Origin: Dehalococcoidia bacterium
GTDB taxonomy: Bacteria; Chloroflexota; Dehalococcoidia; Bin125
Direction of reading: 5' to 3'
Assembly (NCBI GenBank): GCA_965215555.1
Contig: OZ244071.1
Coordinates: forward strand, 3,032,962 to 3,096,961
DNA length: 64,000 nucleotides
Of the stretch, positions 38,960 to 48,238 are shown one piece after another. Under the pieces are notes generated by a model, which made no database searches, was not told where the DNA came from, and worked only from the letters and a program-made list of their open reading frames with translations. The stretch's first letter is position 1; each line of letters opens with the position of its first letter. A program made the position numbers and the translations under genes.

Positions 38960-40114
38960 ATGCACTTCGAACTTGCTGACGATCTGGCCGACCTGCAGAC
39001 AAGAATTCTCGCATTTGTCGAGGCGGATATTGATCCGATTACAGAAGGCGTCGATCCGGAGGCTCCGCCGGCCGACCTGCGACGTGAGATTGCACGACGC
39101 TCCGATGCGGCGGGCTTCTATCGGTTGGCTGTTCCAGAGTCGGACGGCGGACTCGGCGCGGGTCCGCGTTTGCTCACGGCAGCGCATGAAGCGTTGGCGC
39201 TGAGCGGCAACCCGTTGGCGTCACGCGTGCTGGGTTCGGGTCCCGGCATTATGCGTCTGGCCGACAACGAAGCCCAGCGCGAGGCGCTGTACTCCCCGGT
39301 GATGCGAGGCGAGCGAACGACAGCGTTCGCCTTCACCGAGGGGTTACGGGCAGACGGTCAGCGATCGCCGACACAGGCAGTGCGAGCGACGCTTTCTGAC
39401 GGTTCGGATGGATTTCTGGTCACGGGCGCGAAGGCATTCGTCACTGGCGGCGCTTCCTCGGACTGGTTAGTGGTGGTCGCGAATGTGCCCGACGAGGGCA
39501 CCGCGTTGCTGGTCGTGGATCGGGACGCGGAGGGAGTGACCGAGGGAGAGTTGGGCGCATCGATCGACGGCAGCACCCACTCCCCGTTCATGTTCGACTC
39601 GGTTGCGGTACCGGCATCGCGGTTGCTGGGGGCTGTCGGCGATGGACTGCCTCGGGCGATGCAGAATATCGATCGGATGCGGTTAGGTGTCGCCGCCGAC
39701 TGCGTCGGGTGGGCGCGCTGGGTCACTCGGGCGACGCTGAAACGGATCGAAGCGCCGCATCGCAGCGGTCAGCCGCTGGCGGAACAGCAGCAGGTCCAGG
39801 CCATCTTTGCCGACATGGTTGCCGACACCTTCGCCGCCCGAACCTCGCTGTATCAGGCAGCGGAAGCGAGAGAAGCAGACGATCCAACGGCTGGCACGCA
39901 GGTCGCGACAGCAAAGTGGTTGGCCTCGGAGTGCCTGCATCGAACGGTGGATCGGGCGATTCAACTCCACGGAGCGCAGGCGCTGTTGCGCGGTCATCCG
40001 CTGGAGCGGCTCTATCGAACCAGCCGCTCGACTCGTATCGCCGAAGGTCCAACCGAGTTGCTGCGGCTGACGGTGGCTCGGCACGTCCGTCAGAATGGAG
40101 CCGAGGCATTGTGA
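38960..40114 (+). CDS. Acyl-CoA dehydrogenase
   Basis: AFAFTE, GAKAFVTGG, AIQLHGA, RIAEGPTE. Confidence 0.92.
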   Translation: MHFELADDLADLQTRILAFVEADIDPITEGVDPEAPPADLRREIARRSDAAGFYRLAVPESDGGLGAGPRLLTAAHEALALSGNPLASRVLGSGPGIMRLADNEAQREALYSPVMRGERTTAFAFTEGLRADGQRSPTQAVRATLSDGSDGFLVTGAKAFVTGGASSDWLVVVANVPDEGTALLVVDRDAEGVTEGELGASIDGSTHSPFMFDSVAVPASRLLGAVGDGLPRAMQNIDRMRLGVAADCVGWARWVTRATLKRIEAPHRSGQPLAEQQQVQAIFADMVADTFAARTSLYQAAEAREADDPTAGTQVATAKWLASECLHRTVDRAIQLHGAQALLRGHPLERLYRTSRSTRIAEGPTELLRLTVARHVRQNGAEAL

Positions 40115-40163
40115 GTGATCATCGATCACATGGAATCGGGACGACGGTGTGAGAGGTAGGTCA

Positions 40164-40541
40164 ATGACGACGGCAGATCGAGCTGAGGTGGGAGACGTCG
40201 CACAGCAATCTCGTCAATTCCTGGAGCGAGCGAGAAGCTACCTAGCTGACGGCGATTTGCACCAGGCGTCAGAGAAGGCGTGGGGCGCTGCCGCTCACAT
40301 GGCCAAGGCCGTCGCGGCAGCAAACGGTTGGACATACGAGAAGCACAGCGATTTCAGCATTGTGCTCAACAACGCCTGGGAGCTGACCGGAAACGATCAG
40401 ATTCGCCCCCTGCGTGCGATTGCCAATGATCTACATGGCAACTACTATCGGCGGGCGCGATTTCTCAGTGCCAATGAGATAGCCGCCGACATCGAGAGTG
40501 TCGCCGAGCTGGTGGACATCCTGGCTCCTCTGACCGAGTAG
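40164..40541 (+). CDS. PaREP1/HEPN-like protein
   Basis: GDLHQASEKAWGAAA...LHGNYY. Confidence 0.8.
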   Translation: MTTADRAEVGDVAQQSRQFLERARSYLADGDLHQASEKAWGAAAHMAKAVAAANGWTYEKHSDFSIVLNNAWELTGNDQIRPLRAIANDLHGNYYRRARFLSANEIAADIESVAELVDILAPLTE

Positions 40542-40550
40542 CGCCTGGGC

Positions 40551-41216
40551 TCAGTTGCCGACTCCGAGACCCTCGTAGCGCTGCTTGTGATGCAGGCTGA
40601 CTCGATCGATGAGTTGGCGATTTGAGGCTCTCAGGATTCGACTGAGCAGGTTGAGCTGCTCGACGGTCGACTCCGACTTGAGCACTTCCTGCTTGACCGA
40701 CGCCGGGGCCTCGATGCTTGAGGCGATGTGATTGACCAGCGGATTGGGTCGGCGCGGGAGCCGGTAGGAGCGCTGCCAGGAGTTCTGGAGCGCCAGGGCC
40801 AGTCCGAGATGCTCGCGGTAGAGACCAGCGGTGTCGCTGTATGCGCTGTACGCCTCGGCCGACTCGGCGTCCGGGGGATCTTCGAGTAACTCGACGTTGG
40901 CGACCCAGTAGGGACGCTCGCCCAGCTTTTCGACGATTCGAAAGCGCTGCTCGCCAATGCAACTGATGTTGAATCGTCCGTCGGGGAAGGCTTCGTTCGA
41001 CTCCATGCGCACCGTGCAACCAACCTCGTGTGTCGGTTCACGGTCCTCGGGTGTCGCGGTCTGGCGAGTGCGACGGGTCAGGACGATGCCGAACGGTTCG
41101 CCAGACTGGAGGGTGTCCTTGACGAGTTGTCGGTAGCGTGGCTCGAAGATGTGCAGGGGTACGGATTCGCCGGGAAACACGACAATCTGTAAGGGGAACA
41201 GCGGAAGTTCGGGCAT
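40551..41216 (-). CDS. LON peptidase substrate-binding domain protein
   Basis: LPLFPL..VVFPG..PLHIFEPRY. Confidence 0.9.
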   Translation of the reverse strand: MPELPLFPLQIVVFPGESVPLHIFEPRYRQLVKDTLQSGEPFGIVLTRRTRQTATPEDREPTHEVGCTVRMESNEAFPDGRFNISCIGEQRFRIVEKLGERPYWVANVELLEDPPDAESAEAYSAYSDTAGLYREHLGLALALQNSWQRSYRLPRRPNPLVNHIASSIEAPASVKQEVLKSESTVEQLNLLSRILRASNRQLIDRVSLHHKQRYEGLGVGN

Positions 41217-41331
41217 GGAACGTCCTTTGTCGCCAGTTCCCATTCTTGCCGCTCTGAGGGTCCCCCTCAGCCCCCGGGACGAGCCCGAGGCAGGCTGTCG
41301 GCAGCTCCCCGGGCGAGGGGAGCGAGAGAAT

Positions 41332-42771
41332 CTACCTGACTCCTGCCATTCTACCTGCGAGACGCATGACCCGACGCGCGCCGCCATTCTCGTTGAACGC
41401 GCGGAACACTTGCAGCCGCTCGGCCTGCAGCGATCCTTCGGCGTGGATCGCCAGCACCTCCTGGTAGGCGCCGTAGTCGGAGGAGGTCAGGTCTCGAACA
41501 AAGTTGAGCAGCTTCATCCGTTGCTCGCCACTGATGCCGTCCCGTCCGGCGAGGTACTTCTGCAGGAACGGCCGTAGCTCCTCGGTTTGCCAGTCCTCGT
41601 CTCCAGGTCCGGTCACGAGGATGCCGCCGGCGATCTCCTGGACGTGCTGGACGGCCTCGTGGTAGCCGTGGGCGAAGTGCGACTTGGCCAGGTTGACGGT
41701 CATCGGGTCAGGTGCGACCTGTCCGTTGGACTTCGCAATGCAGCGCTCGGCCGACTTTTCCAACAGTGCGCGCGTCGTCTCGGCGTAGTCGATCAGGTCG
41801 ATGAACTTCTCGCGGACGTGTGTCACGCCGAGGATGCCGTTGTAGTCGGCTGCCAGCGCCGCGCAACCGCCCAGGGCGTCCATCAGCGGCAGCTTGTACG
41901 AGACAGCAGTGAACCGGTGGTACTCGACGAAGGTCAAGGCGAGATGTCCGGCCGCGTCGGTGTCACCGTCGAGGAAGATGCGATCGTTGGGCACAAAGAC
42001 GTCGTCGAAGATGGTGATCGTCTCCATCATCTTGCGGACGGCAGAGATCGGTCGTTCGCCATCATGCGATGCGCCGTCGCCGAACGGTGAGGCGATGAAG
42101 CGCAGATTGGGTGTGTTGACCGGCAGTGCAAACGCGATGGACCAATCTTGTTCGTCCGGACCCATCGCGCGGGTTGGCAGGACGATCACCTCGTTGGTGT
42201 TTGTCACGACCGACGTGTGAGCCTTGGCGCCACGAACTACCACGCCGTCGGGACGGCGCTCGACGACGCGCAGATACATGTCCGGATCGGCCTGCTGCGC
42301 TGGGCGCTTGAGCCGGTCGCCCTTCATATCAGTCTGCGCGACCGCGAGCGAGAGGTCATTGGATCGGCAATGCTCGTAGAAGGCCTTGACCCGCTCGAAG
42401 TAGGTCTGATCCTCGAACTCAGCGGTCACAGCGAGCAGTGCGAAGAGCGCGTCGGTGCCGATTTCTTTGATCAGCACGACCAGCGTGTCGCCCTCGGCGG
42501 TGGCCGCCTCGATCAGCCTGGAGCGGTTGAGCAGGTCCTCGGTGGTACGCGGGATGCGGTAGTAGGCGGAGTGCGTTTCGCCGTCCTCCTCGTAGGTAGA
42601 GAGCTCGCGGTACTCGTCCGACTCTGCCATCTCATAGTCGATGCAGGCGTGTTTGACGGCCTTGCTGATCGTGGGATGCGTGGTCACGTCATCGACGCGC
42701 TCGCCTCGGTACCAGATTTCTCGACCATCGCGCAGTGATTCGACGTATTCGGCAGCCGTTCGCAATGCCAT
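41332..42771 (-). CDS. HpaB/AbfD-family flavoprotein (4-hydroxyphenylacetate 3-hydroxylase-like)
   Basis: YVESLRDGR, AQTDMKGDR, VVRGAKAH, HAEGS. Confidence 0.85.
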   Translation of the reverse strand: MALRTAAEYVESLRDGREIWYRGERVDDVTTHPTISKAVKHACIDYEMAESDEYRELSTYEEDGETHSAYYRIPRTTEDLLNRSRLIEAATAEGDTLVVLIKEIGTDALFALLAVTAEFEDQTYFERVKAFYEHCRSNDLSLAVAQTDMKGDRLKRPAQQADPDMYLRVVERRPDGVVVRGAKAHTSVVTNTNEVIVLPTRAMGPDEQDWSIAFALPVNTPNLRFIASPFGDGASHDGERPISAVRKMMETITIFDDVFVPNDRIFLDGDTDAAGHLALTFVEYHRFTAVSYKLPLMDALGGCAALAADYNGILGVTHVREKFIDLIDYAETTRALLEKSAERCIAKSNGQVAPDPMTVNLAKSHFAHGYHEAVQHVQEIAGGILVTGPGDEDWQTEELRPFLQKYLAGRDGISGEQRMKLLNFVRDLTSSDYGAYQEVLAIHAEGSLQAERLQVFRAFNENGGARRVMRLAGRMAGVR

Positions 42772-42945
42772 CTTGTATTCCAATCATGCTGTCTCGTTCA
42801 GCGATCCTAAGCCCTATCTGCATAATGCGGGGTGAGGTGATGGCAGTTAGAACAGAGATTTCGGCGGTAGTGGGCGGGATCTTCTGCCACTGATGGCGAT
42901 TTGCGCTTCGCTATCTCCTCTATCTTGCTCCCAATCACTGCGGAG

Positions 42946-44076
42946 ATGCGCCTCATGCCTCCGATCACGACTGCTGCCCGCGTTTTCGTGCCGCTCGCTG
43001 CGTTTGTTCTCCTCGCCCTGTTGCTCACTGTTCCGGCCCGTGCAGAGACGCCAGTCCAGATCGAGATCAGTCCCACTGCTGTATGCGCCCTCATCGACAC
43101 TGGGGGGATTGCCTGTTGGGGATTCGAGACGTCCCTCGTTCGCGACGTCCCCGAGGGAGCGTTCACCGACTTGAGCCTCGGTCCGACTGACGGCTGCGCC
43201 ATTACCGTCGAGTCGACGGTCGTCTGTTGGGGCGCCGGCTATGCCTATGTGCGAGCCACGGTCGACAAGATCCTCGACCGCGGTCCCGACGCGGACCTTA
43301 GCCTCTCCGGCATCGATCAACTCATGCCGCCTGAGCGCAGCGACCTCGTTCAGATCGCCGTACATCCCTGGCGGCACTATGCGTGCGCACTCACGACCGA
43401 GGGAGAAATCACTTGCTGGGGAACACTACGATCGCCCGGAGCTGCGCCGACCAACAGCGGCTTTGTCCAGTTGATTGGCACCGGCCGAGGGTTCTGCGCC
43501 CTCGACTCTGAGGGTCGAACAACCTGTTGGGGCGGAATGAACTTTGAGCAGTTCGTCTCCGATGCCGGTCCGTTTACGCGGATCGCTCCGAGCGGTAACG
43601 GACTTTGCGGCGTGACTGCCGAGGGCGATGTCCGCTGCCGTACTCACGACTCCCCGCCCGCACCTGGGCCGCCGAAACCCTACAACCAGGTCTTCCGCAA
43701 CGTCCACGTCATTGGATCGCAAGGTTGCGGCATCGTTGATGACGGGTCACTGCAGTGCCACCAGGCCCATCACTGGTGCTCCCACTTCTTTCACGCGGAT
43801 GTCGAGTATTGCCCGCCGGACTTGATTCGCTTCCAATCGTGGGCGATCCCGTTTACCACTCTCTATGAAGGCGGACCCGACCGGGAGACGACTGCTGCCC
43901 GCACCTATGTCGGCCTGTTCGGCGACCAGGCCGCCTGCGCTATCACAACCGAAGGCGAGATCGACTGCTGGAGCGATTTCCGCCGCGGCGATCCTCGCCA
44001 TCACGTCCCCGAGCGGTTCCGCACCCAACTTCCGAGCGAGGATCCTGAACCGTCCGCGGAAGAGGTCGAACAGTAA
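42946..44076 (+). CDS. Secreted RCC1/BLIP-II-like repeat protein
   Basis: Signal peptide; repeated CAL...G.I.CWG motifs. Confidence 0.8.
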   Translation: MRLMPPITTAARVFVPLAAFVLLALLLTVPARAETPVQIEISPTAVCALIDTGGIACWGFETSLVRDVPEGAFTDLSLGPTDGCAITVESTVVCWGAGYAYVRATVDKILDRGPDADLSLSGIDQLMPPERSDLVQIAVHPWRHYACALTTEGEITCWGTLRSPGAAPTNSGFVQLIGTGRGFCALDSEGRTTCWGGMNFEQFVSDAGPFTRIAPSGNGLCGVTAEGDVRCRTHDSPPAPGPPKPYNQVFRNVHVIGSQGCGIVDDGSLQCHQAHHWCSHFFHADVEYCPPDLIRFQSWAIPFTTLYEGGPDRETTAARTYVGLFGDQAACAITTEGEIDCWSDFRRGDPRHHVPERFRTQLPSEDPEPSAEEVEQ

Positions 44077-44349
44077 CAGTAGGGTTCTATCTCCGATTGC
44101 CGTTTCGAGATTGCCTCGTTGGACAATCTGACGGACCTGAAGCCGTTCGTGTGGGTGAGCGGACCGCCATATGTGTGGTTCAGGGTGCAGGCGATGGGCA
44201 GCGGGACCCTTCAGCTCCTGTTCAAGCCGGGGGCAGACTCTTCGGCTGCCACCCCTGCAAGGGGGAGCGCGATATTCGATGTGGGTTGTGTGTGTTCACA
44301 GCGTTGATGTGAACAAGCCTTGAGCCAAGAGGCTTGAAGTTCCGACGCG

Positions 44350-45219
44350 TCAGGAGATGACCTTGTTCAGTGGGTAGCTGACCAGTCCGCTGGCGCCGGC
44401 GCGGCGCAGTTCGGGGATCATCTCACGCTCCTGGCGCTCATCGAGAATAATCTCCAGCGCCACCCATGAGTCGTCGATCAGGGGACTGATCGTGGGGGCG
44501 TGCTCGCCGAATTTGCCGATCACGGCGAGCACATCCTCCAGGCTGCCGCGAGGTGTGTTGAGCTTGAGTCCGACTTTGCTGGTCGCGGAGATCGCACCCT
44601 GGAGCAGGGTGTTGATCGCCTCGATCTTGTCGCGACGCACAGGATCGGCCCAAGCCTCCTTGTTTGCGACCAGTCTCGCGGTGCTTTGCAGTACTTCGGC
44701 GATGACGCGTAGGTTGTTGGCTCGCAGCGACGAGCCGGTCTCGGTGACATCGACGATGGCGTCGATGATGCGCGCCTTCACCTCAGTTGCGCCCCAACTG
44801 AACTCGACCCGCACGTCGATTCCGCGCTGCTCGAAGTACTGTCGCGTGGTGCGGACGAGTTCGGTGGCGATCACGCCGCCTTCGAGCTGCTCGATTCCCT
44901 GCACGTCGGACTCGGCGGGTACCGCGAGCACCCAGCGGGCCGGACGACTGGTCGCTTTGCTGTAGGTCATTTCGGCGACCTCAACCACGTCGGCGCCGGT
45001 CTCCACGACCCAGTCGTGTCCCGTGATTCCCACATCGACGACGCCGTCCTCGACGTAACGCGCCATCTCCTGGGCGCGGAACATCGTGCAGGTGATGCCG
45101 TCGTCATCGATCTGCGGGAAGTAAGAGCGGGAGTTGACAGAGATGCCAAATCCGGCGCGTCGGAAGAGGTCGAAGGTGGAAGTTTCAAGCGAGCCCTTGG
45201 GCAATCCGAGCTTGAGCAT
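44350..45219 (-). CDS. hisG: ATP phosphoribosyltransferase (long form)
   Basis: LGLPKGSL, DVGITG.D, SWGATE, DVTETGSSL.AN.L. Confidence 0.95.
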   Translation of the reverse strand: MLKLGLPKGSLETSTFDLFRRAGFGISVNSRSYFPQIDDDGITCTMFRAQEMARYVEDGVVDVGITGHDWVVETGADVVEVAEMTYSKATSRPARWVLAVPAESDVQGIEQLEGGVIATELVRTTRQYFEQRGIDVRVEFSWGATEVKARIIDAIVDVTETGSSLRANNLRVIAEVLQSTARLVANKEAWADPVRRDKIEAINTLLQGAISATSKVGLKLNTPRGSLEDVLAVIGKFGEHAPTISPLIDDSWVALEIILDERQEREMIPELRRAGASGLVSYPLNKVIS

Positions 45220-45323
45220 GGGGCGATCTCCGCATTGAGCGTGGCTGGGTTGTGGTGTTTCGATTGTGTTCAGATCATCGCGCATACCACGGGACATCCC
45301 ATGTCGCGGGATACACTGCCGGC

Positions 45324-46478
45324 ATGACGACCCTCGATCCGCCGCAGGCGAATGTTCCCCTGACCGACGAGCGCCGGGAACGCGTGCGAGAGATGATCGG
45401 CGACGAACTCGACGCCGCCTGGCTGTATGACCGGCTGGCCGACATGAGCGATCCGCAGTCCAGCCAGGTGCTGAGCAGAATGGCGGAATCGGAGCAACGG
45501 CACGCCACGCATTGGGTGCGACTGCTCGGCGACGAGCAGTTTCCAACCGATCTGCATCGACCGTCGCTGCGCGTCAGGCTGATGGCGCTCCAGGCGCGCG
45601 TCTGGGGGCTTGGATTCATCATCTCCCAGCTCCGGCGTGAAGAGCTGGTTGATATCCAGAAGTATGTTTCCGATCCCGACTCCGGCGATCTGGCCGAGGA
45701 GGAGCGTGAACATCGCGCGACACTCGCCGAGCTCGCTCCACAGTTCGGGGCGGAAGGCGCGATCGGAGAGGGCCATGCCGGCATTGGCACGGCGGGCGCA
45801 TCGACGTTTCGCGCCGTCCTGTTCGGCCTGAACGATGGCATCGTCTCGAACCTGGCGCTGATTGCTGGCGTCGCCGGCGTCGCGATCGGTTCCGAGGCTG
45901 TGCTGGTCGCCGGAATCGGCGGCTGGCTCGCGGGTGCATTCTCAATGGCGGCGGGAGAGTACATCTCGGTACGCGGACAGTCAGAAGTGTTGCAGCGTCA
46001 GATTGCGATGGAACGCGACGAAGTGCTCCTCGATCCGCAGGAGGAACGCCGCGAACTGGTCGCCATCTACCGTGCCAAGGGACTCTCGAATGAGCTGGCC
46101 GAGCAGGTCGCCGCCGAACTGGCGGAGAAGCCAGAGTCGTTGATCGACACCATGGTGCGCGAAGAGTTGGGGCTCGATCCAGACCAACTTGGCGATCCCT
46201 GGAAAGCGGCGATCAGCTCCTTCGTGTCGTTCTCACTGGGTGCGATCATTCCACTGCTGCCGTTCCTGATCTGGCACGCCGCCGACTGGAACGTCGATTA
46301 CTGGGCGCTGATCGTTGGGGTCGTTGCCAGCGTCGCGACCCTTGGCGTGGCGGGGTTGTTCACGTCGCTATTCACCAGCCGCAATCCGCTCTACTCGGCG
46401 GGACGGTCGGTGTTCGTCGGCATCCTGGCGGCGGGCGTCACATTCGGTATCGGCAGCGCTCTACCGTTCAGTCTGTAG
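45324..46478 (+). CDS. VIT1/CCC1 transporter with N-terminal ferritin-like domain
   Basis: E..H motifs; FGLNDG, FSMAAGEYIS. Confidence 0.9.
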   Translation: MTTLDPPQANVPLTDERRERVREMIGDELDAAWLYDRLADMSDPQSSQVLSRMAESEQRHATHWVRLLGDEQFPTDLHRPSLRVRLMALQARVWGLGFIISQLRREELVDIQKYVSDPDSGDLAEEEREHRATLAELAPQFGAEGAIGEGHAGIGTAGASTFRAVLFGLNDGIVSNLALIAGVAGVAIGSEAVLVAGIGGWLAGAFSMAAGEYISVRGQSEVLQRQIAMERDEVLLDPQEERRELVAIYRAKGLSNELAEQVAAELAEKPESLIDTMVREELGLDPDQLGDPWKAAISSFVSFSLGAIIPLLPFLIWHAADWNVDYWALIVGVVASVATLGVAGLFTSLFTSRNPLYSAGRSVFVGILAAGVTFGIGSALPFSL

Positions 46479-46524
46479 ACGGGCTCTCGAAAGACTCGGC
46501 AGATTCCGTCACACCCCAGCTTGA

Positions 46525-46713
46525 TGTTCCTCCGTCATTCCCGCGCTTGGCGCGGGAATCTCGTCGTGCTTTTGCACAGACAGTGTCGCTGCATGCAGCG
46601 AGATACCCCCGTTCAAGCCGGGGGCAGGCTTCGCGGCGGAGCGCGGGTATGACGGAAATCTCAGTGGGTATGACGGTAACCCGTGGACTGAACCGCCCCA
46701 TGTGAACACGCCC
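46525..46713. mobile_element. Inverted copy of the 5123-5319 MITE (one end recognisable)
   Basis: Ends ATGTGAACACGCCC-TAG at the stop codon of the convergent gene. Confidence 0.75.
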
Positions 46714-47981
46714 TAGAACAATCGCGACAACTCTTCGTCCGGATCGAAGTTGTCGACGTCGACGCCGAAATCTCGCGGTAGTTCGGCGCCGAAGGCTCGG
46801 GCATCTCGTTCCAGGTCGAGCCGTTCGATTCCGGGATAGAAGTCGGACGGGGGCATCCGCTCCGGAAAGCCGAGCGCGGCGATTCGTTGTCCCTGTTTGG
46901 GAATGTCGGTGAGTGCGTCGAAGAGGGCTTGTCCGTGGCCGATCACCATAATGTCGGGCGCAACGCCGTCGTCGCCTCGAAGGGTTCGCGCGGCGAGCAG
47001 TCCGCAGATGAACTCCTCGACCACTGGCCGCATCAGTTGGATCTCATCTGGACGCACGGGAATCGAGGCGTAGCCCAGATCCTTGAGTGCGCGTCGGAAT
47101 CCGGCGTGTCCGGGGGCAATATGCGCGAAGAGCGCCTTGACTTCGCCGTGAGGCGCCTGCGAGTGGCTACGTGCGAACTCGAGCACGGTGCCCCAGTCGG
47201 GCCGTGTGCCCGGGTTGGGCTTTTCACCCAGGATTTCGCCCAGTTCCTTTTCGATGCTTCGTCCGTCGACAACCAGGTAGAACTCACGCGTGTCGGCCGA
47301 CGTGGGAGGGTCCGCCGAACGCGCAAACACTGGCTTCTCACGGGGCGCTATTGGGGCCGGCGGGTCGACCAGAGCCGGCTGGTATCCCTGTTCAGGTTGA
47401 GTCGAAGGGATCTCTTGTCCATCTTCATCGAATTCGACACGAGGCAGCGGCGTGCGAAACAGGTGCGCGTCATCTTCGATGTCAAAGAAGTCGATCTCGT
47501 TCTCCAGTTCTGGAGATTCCGGCAGGAACTCGCTGAAGCCGAAGACTGTGATTCGCTCTGCCTGGTTGGCAAGTTCGGGCAGCGCCGCGATCAGGTCGGG
47601 ATTGTGCGTGCCGACGATCAGTTGCCAGCTCTGGTCGGGGTCGGTGGCCTCGTTCAGACGCGCGACGCGATCGTGGATCAGTTCGGCGCAGCTCTGGCCG
47701 CGCTCGAATCGGTCGCCAAGCTCAATGAAGAATCCCGATGTGCGCAGGAAGTGCATGAAGCCCTTCTGTCCCGGCGCCCAGAAGACGAAGGTGGCCGTAT
47801 ACGGCGCGGGTCCGCAGTTCTGCTTGACGAACGCTTCCAGCCGACGCCAGTCAGGCCTCGTATCCGGACCAGGCGGCTGTCCGATCACCTGGCCGAGCGT
47901 GCCATCGATCGAGGGGCCGTCGACAAACACGTAGTGTCCACGCGGCGGCGCCAGGTCTGCGTATGGATGTTGTTGGGTCAT
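46713..47981 (-). CDS. Protein with two tandem NYN/PIN-like domains
   Basis: Duplicated VDG.SI...P.P.TRPDW and GF.E...D.E.DA..F...LPR. Confidence 0.75.
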   Translation of the reverse strand: MTQQHPYADLAPPRGHYVFVDGPSIDGTLGQVIGQPPGPDTRPDWRRLEAFVKQNCGPAPYTATFVFWAPGQKGFMHFLRTSGFFIELGDRFERGQSCAELIHDRVARLNEATDPDQSWQLIVGTHNPDLIAALPELANQAERITVFGFSEFLPESPELENEIDFFDIEDDAHLFRTPLPRVEFDEDGQEIPSTQPEQGYQPALVDPPAPIAPREKPVFARSADPPTSADTREFYLVVDGRSIEKELGEILGEKPNPGTRPDWGTVLEFARSHSQAPHGEVKALFAHIAPGHAGFRRALKDLGYASIPVRPDEIQLMRPVVEEFICGLLAARTLRGDDGVAPDIMVIGHGQALFDALTDIPKQGQRIAALGFPERMPPSDFYPGIERLDLERDARAFGAELPRDFGVDVDNFDPDEELSRLF

Positions 47982-48238
47982 GTCAAATCTTGTCCGGAAC
48001 TATCAGTGGATTGTGATGAAGCGGAAGCCGGGCCAAAGAGCCAATGTTCTGATCAGCGTTCTGTGACGCAAATGTGAGTGACCTGCAGCTTATCGCGATT
48101 CTCAAAGTGTTGGGTGCAGACCGGAACGCCTGCGGTTCCCGAAAGGGAATCCCGATGGCTCGCCCCGAGCACACGGAGATAACCGTCAGCCGTCATTCGA
48201 GGCGTTTCAGGAGCGGTGATTTGCCGCCAAGTGAGAGG

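Noticed and set aside
41332-42771. True 4-hydroxybutyryl-CoA dehydratase
   Set aside because: The expected Fe-S Cys ligands are not evident; left as a family-level call.
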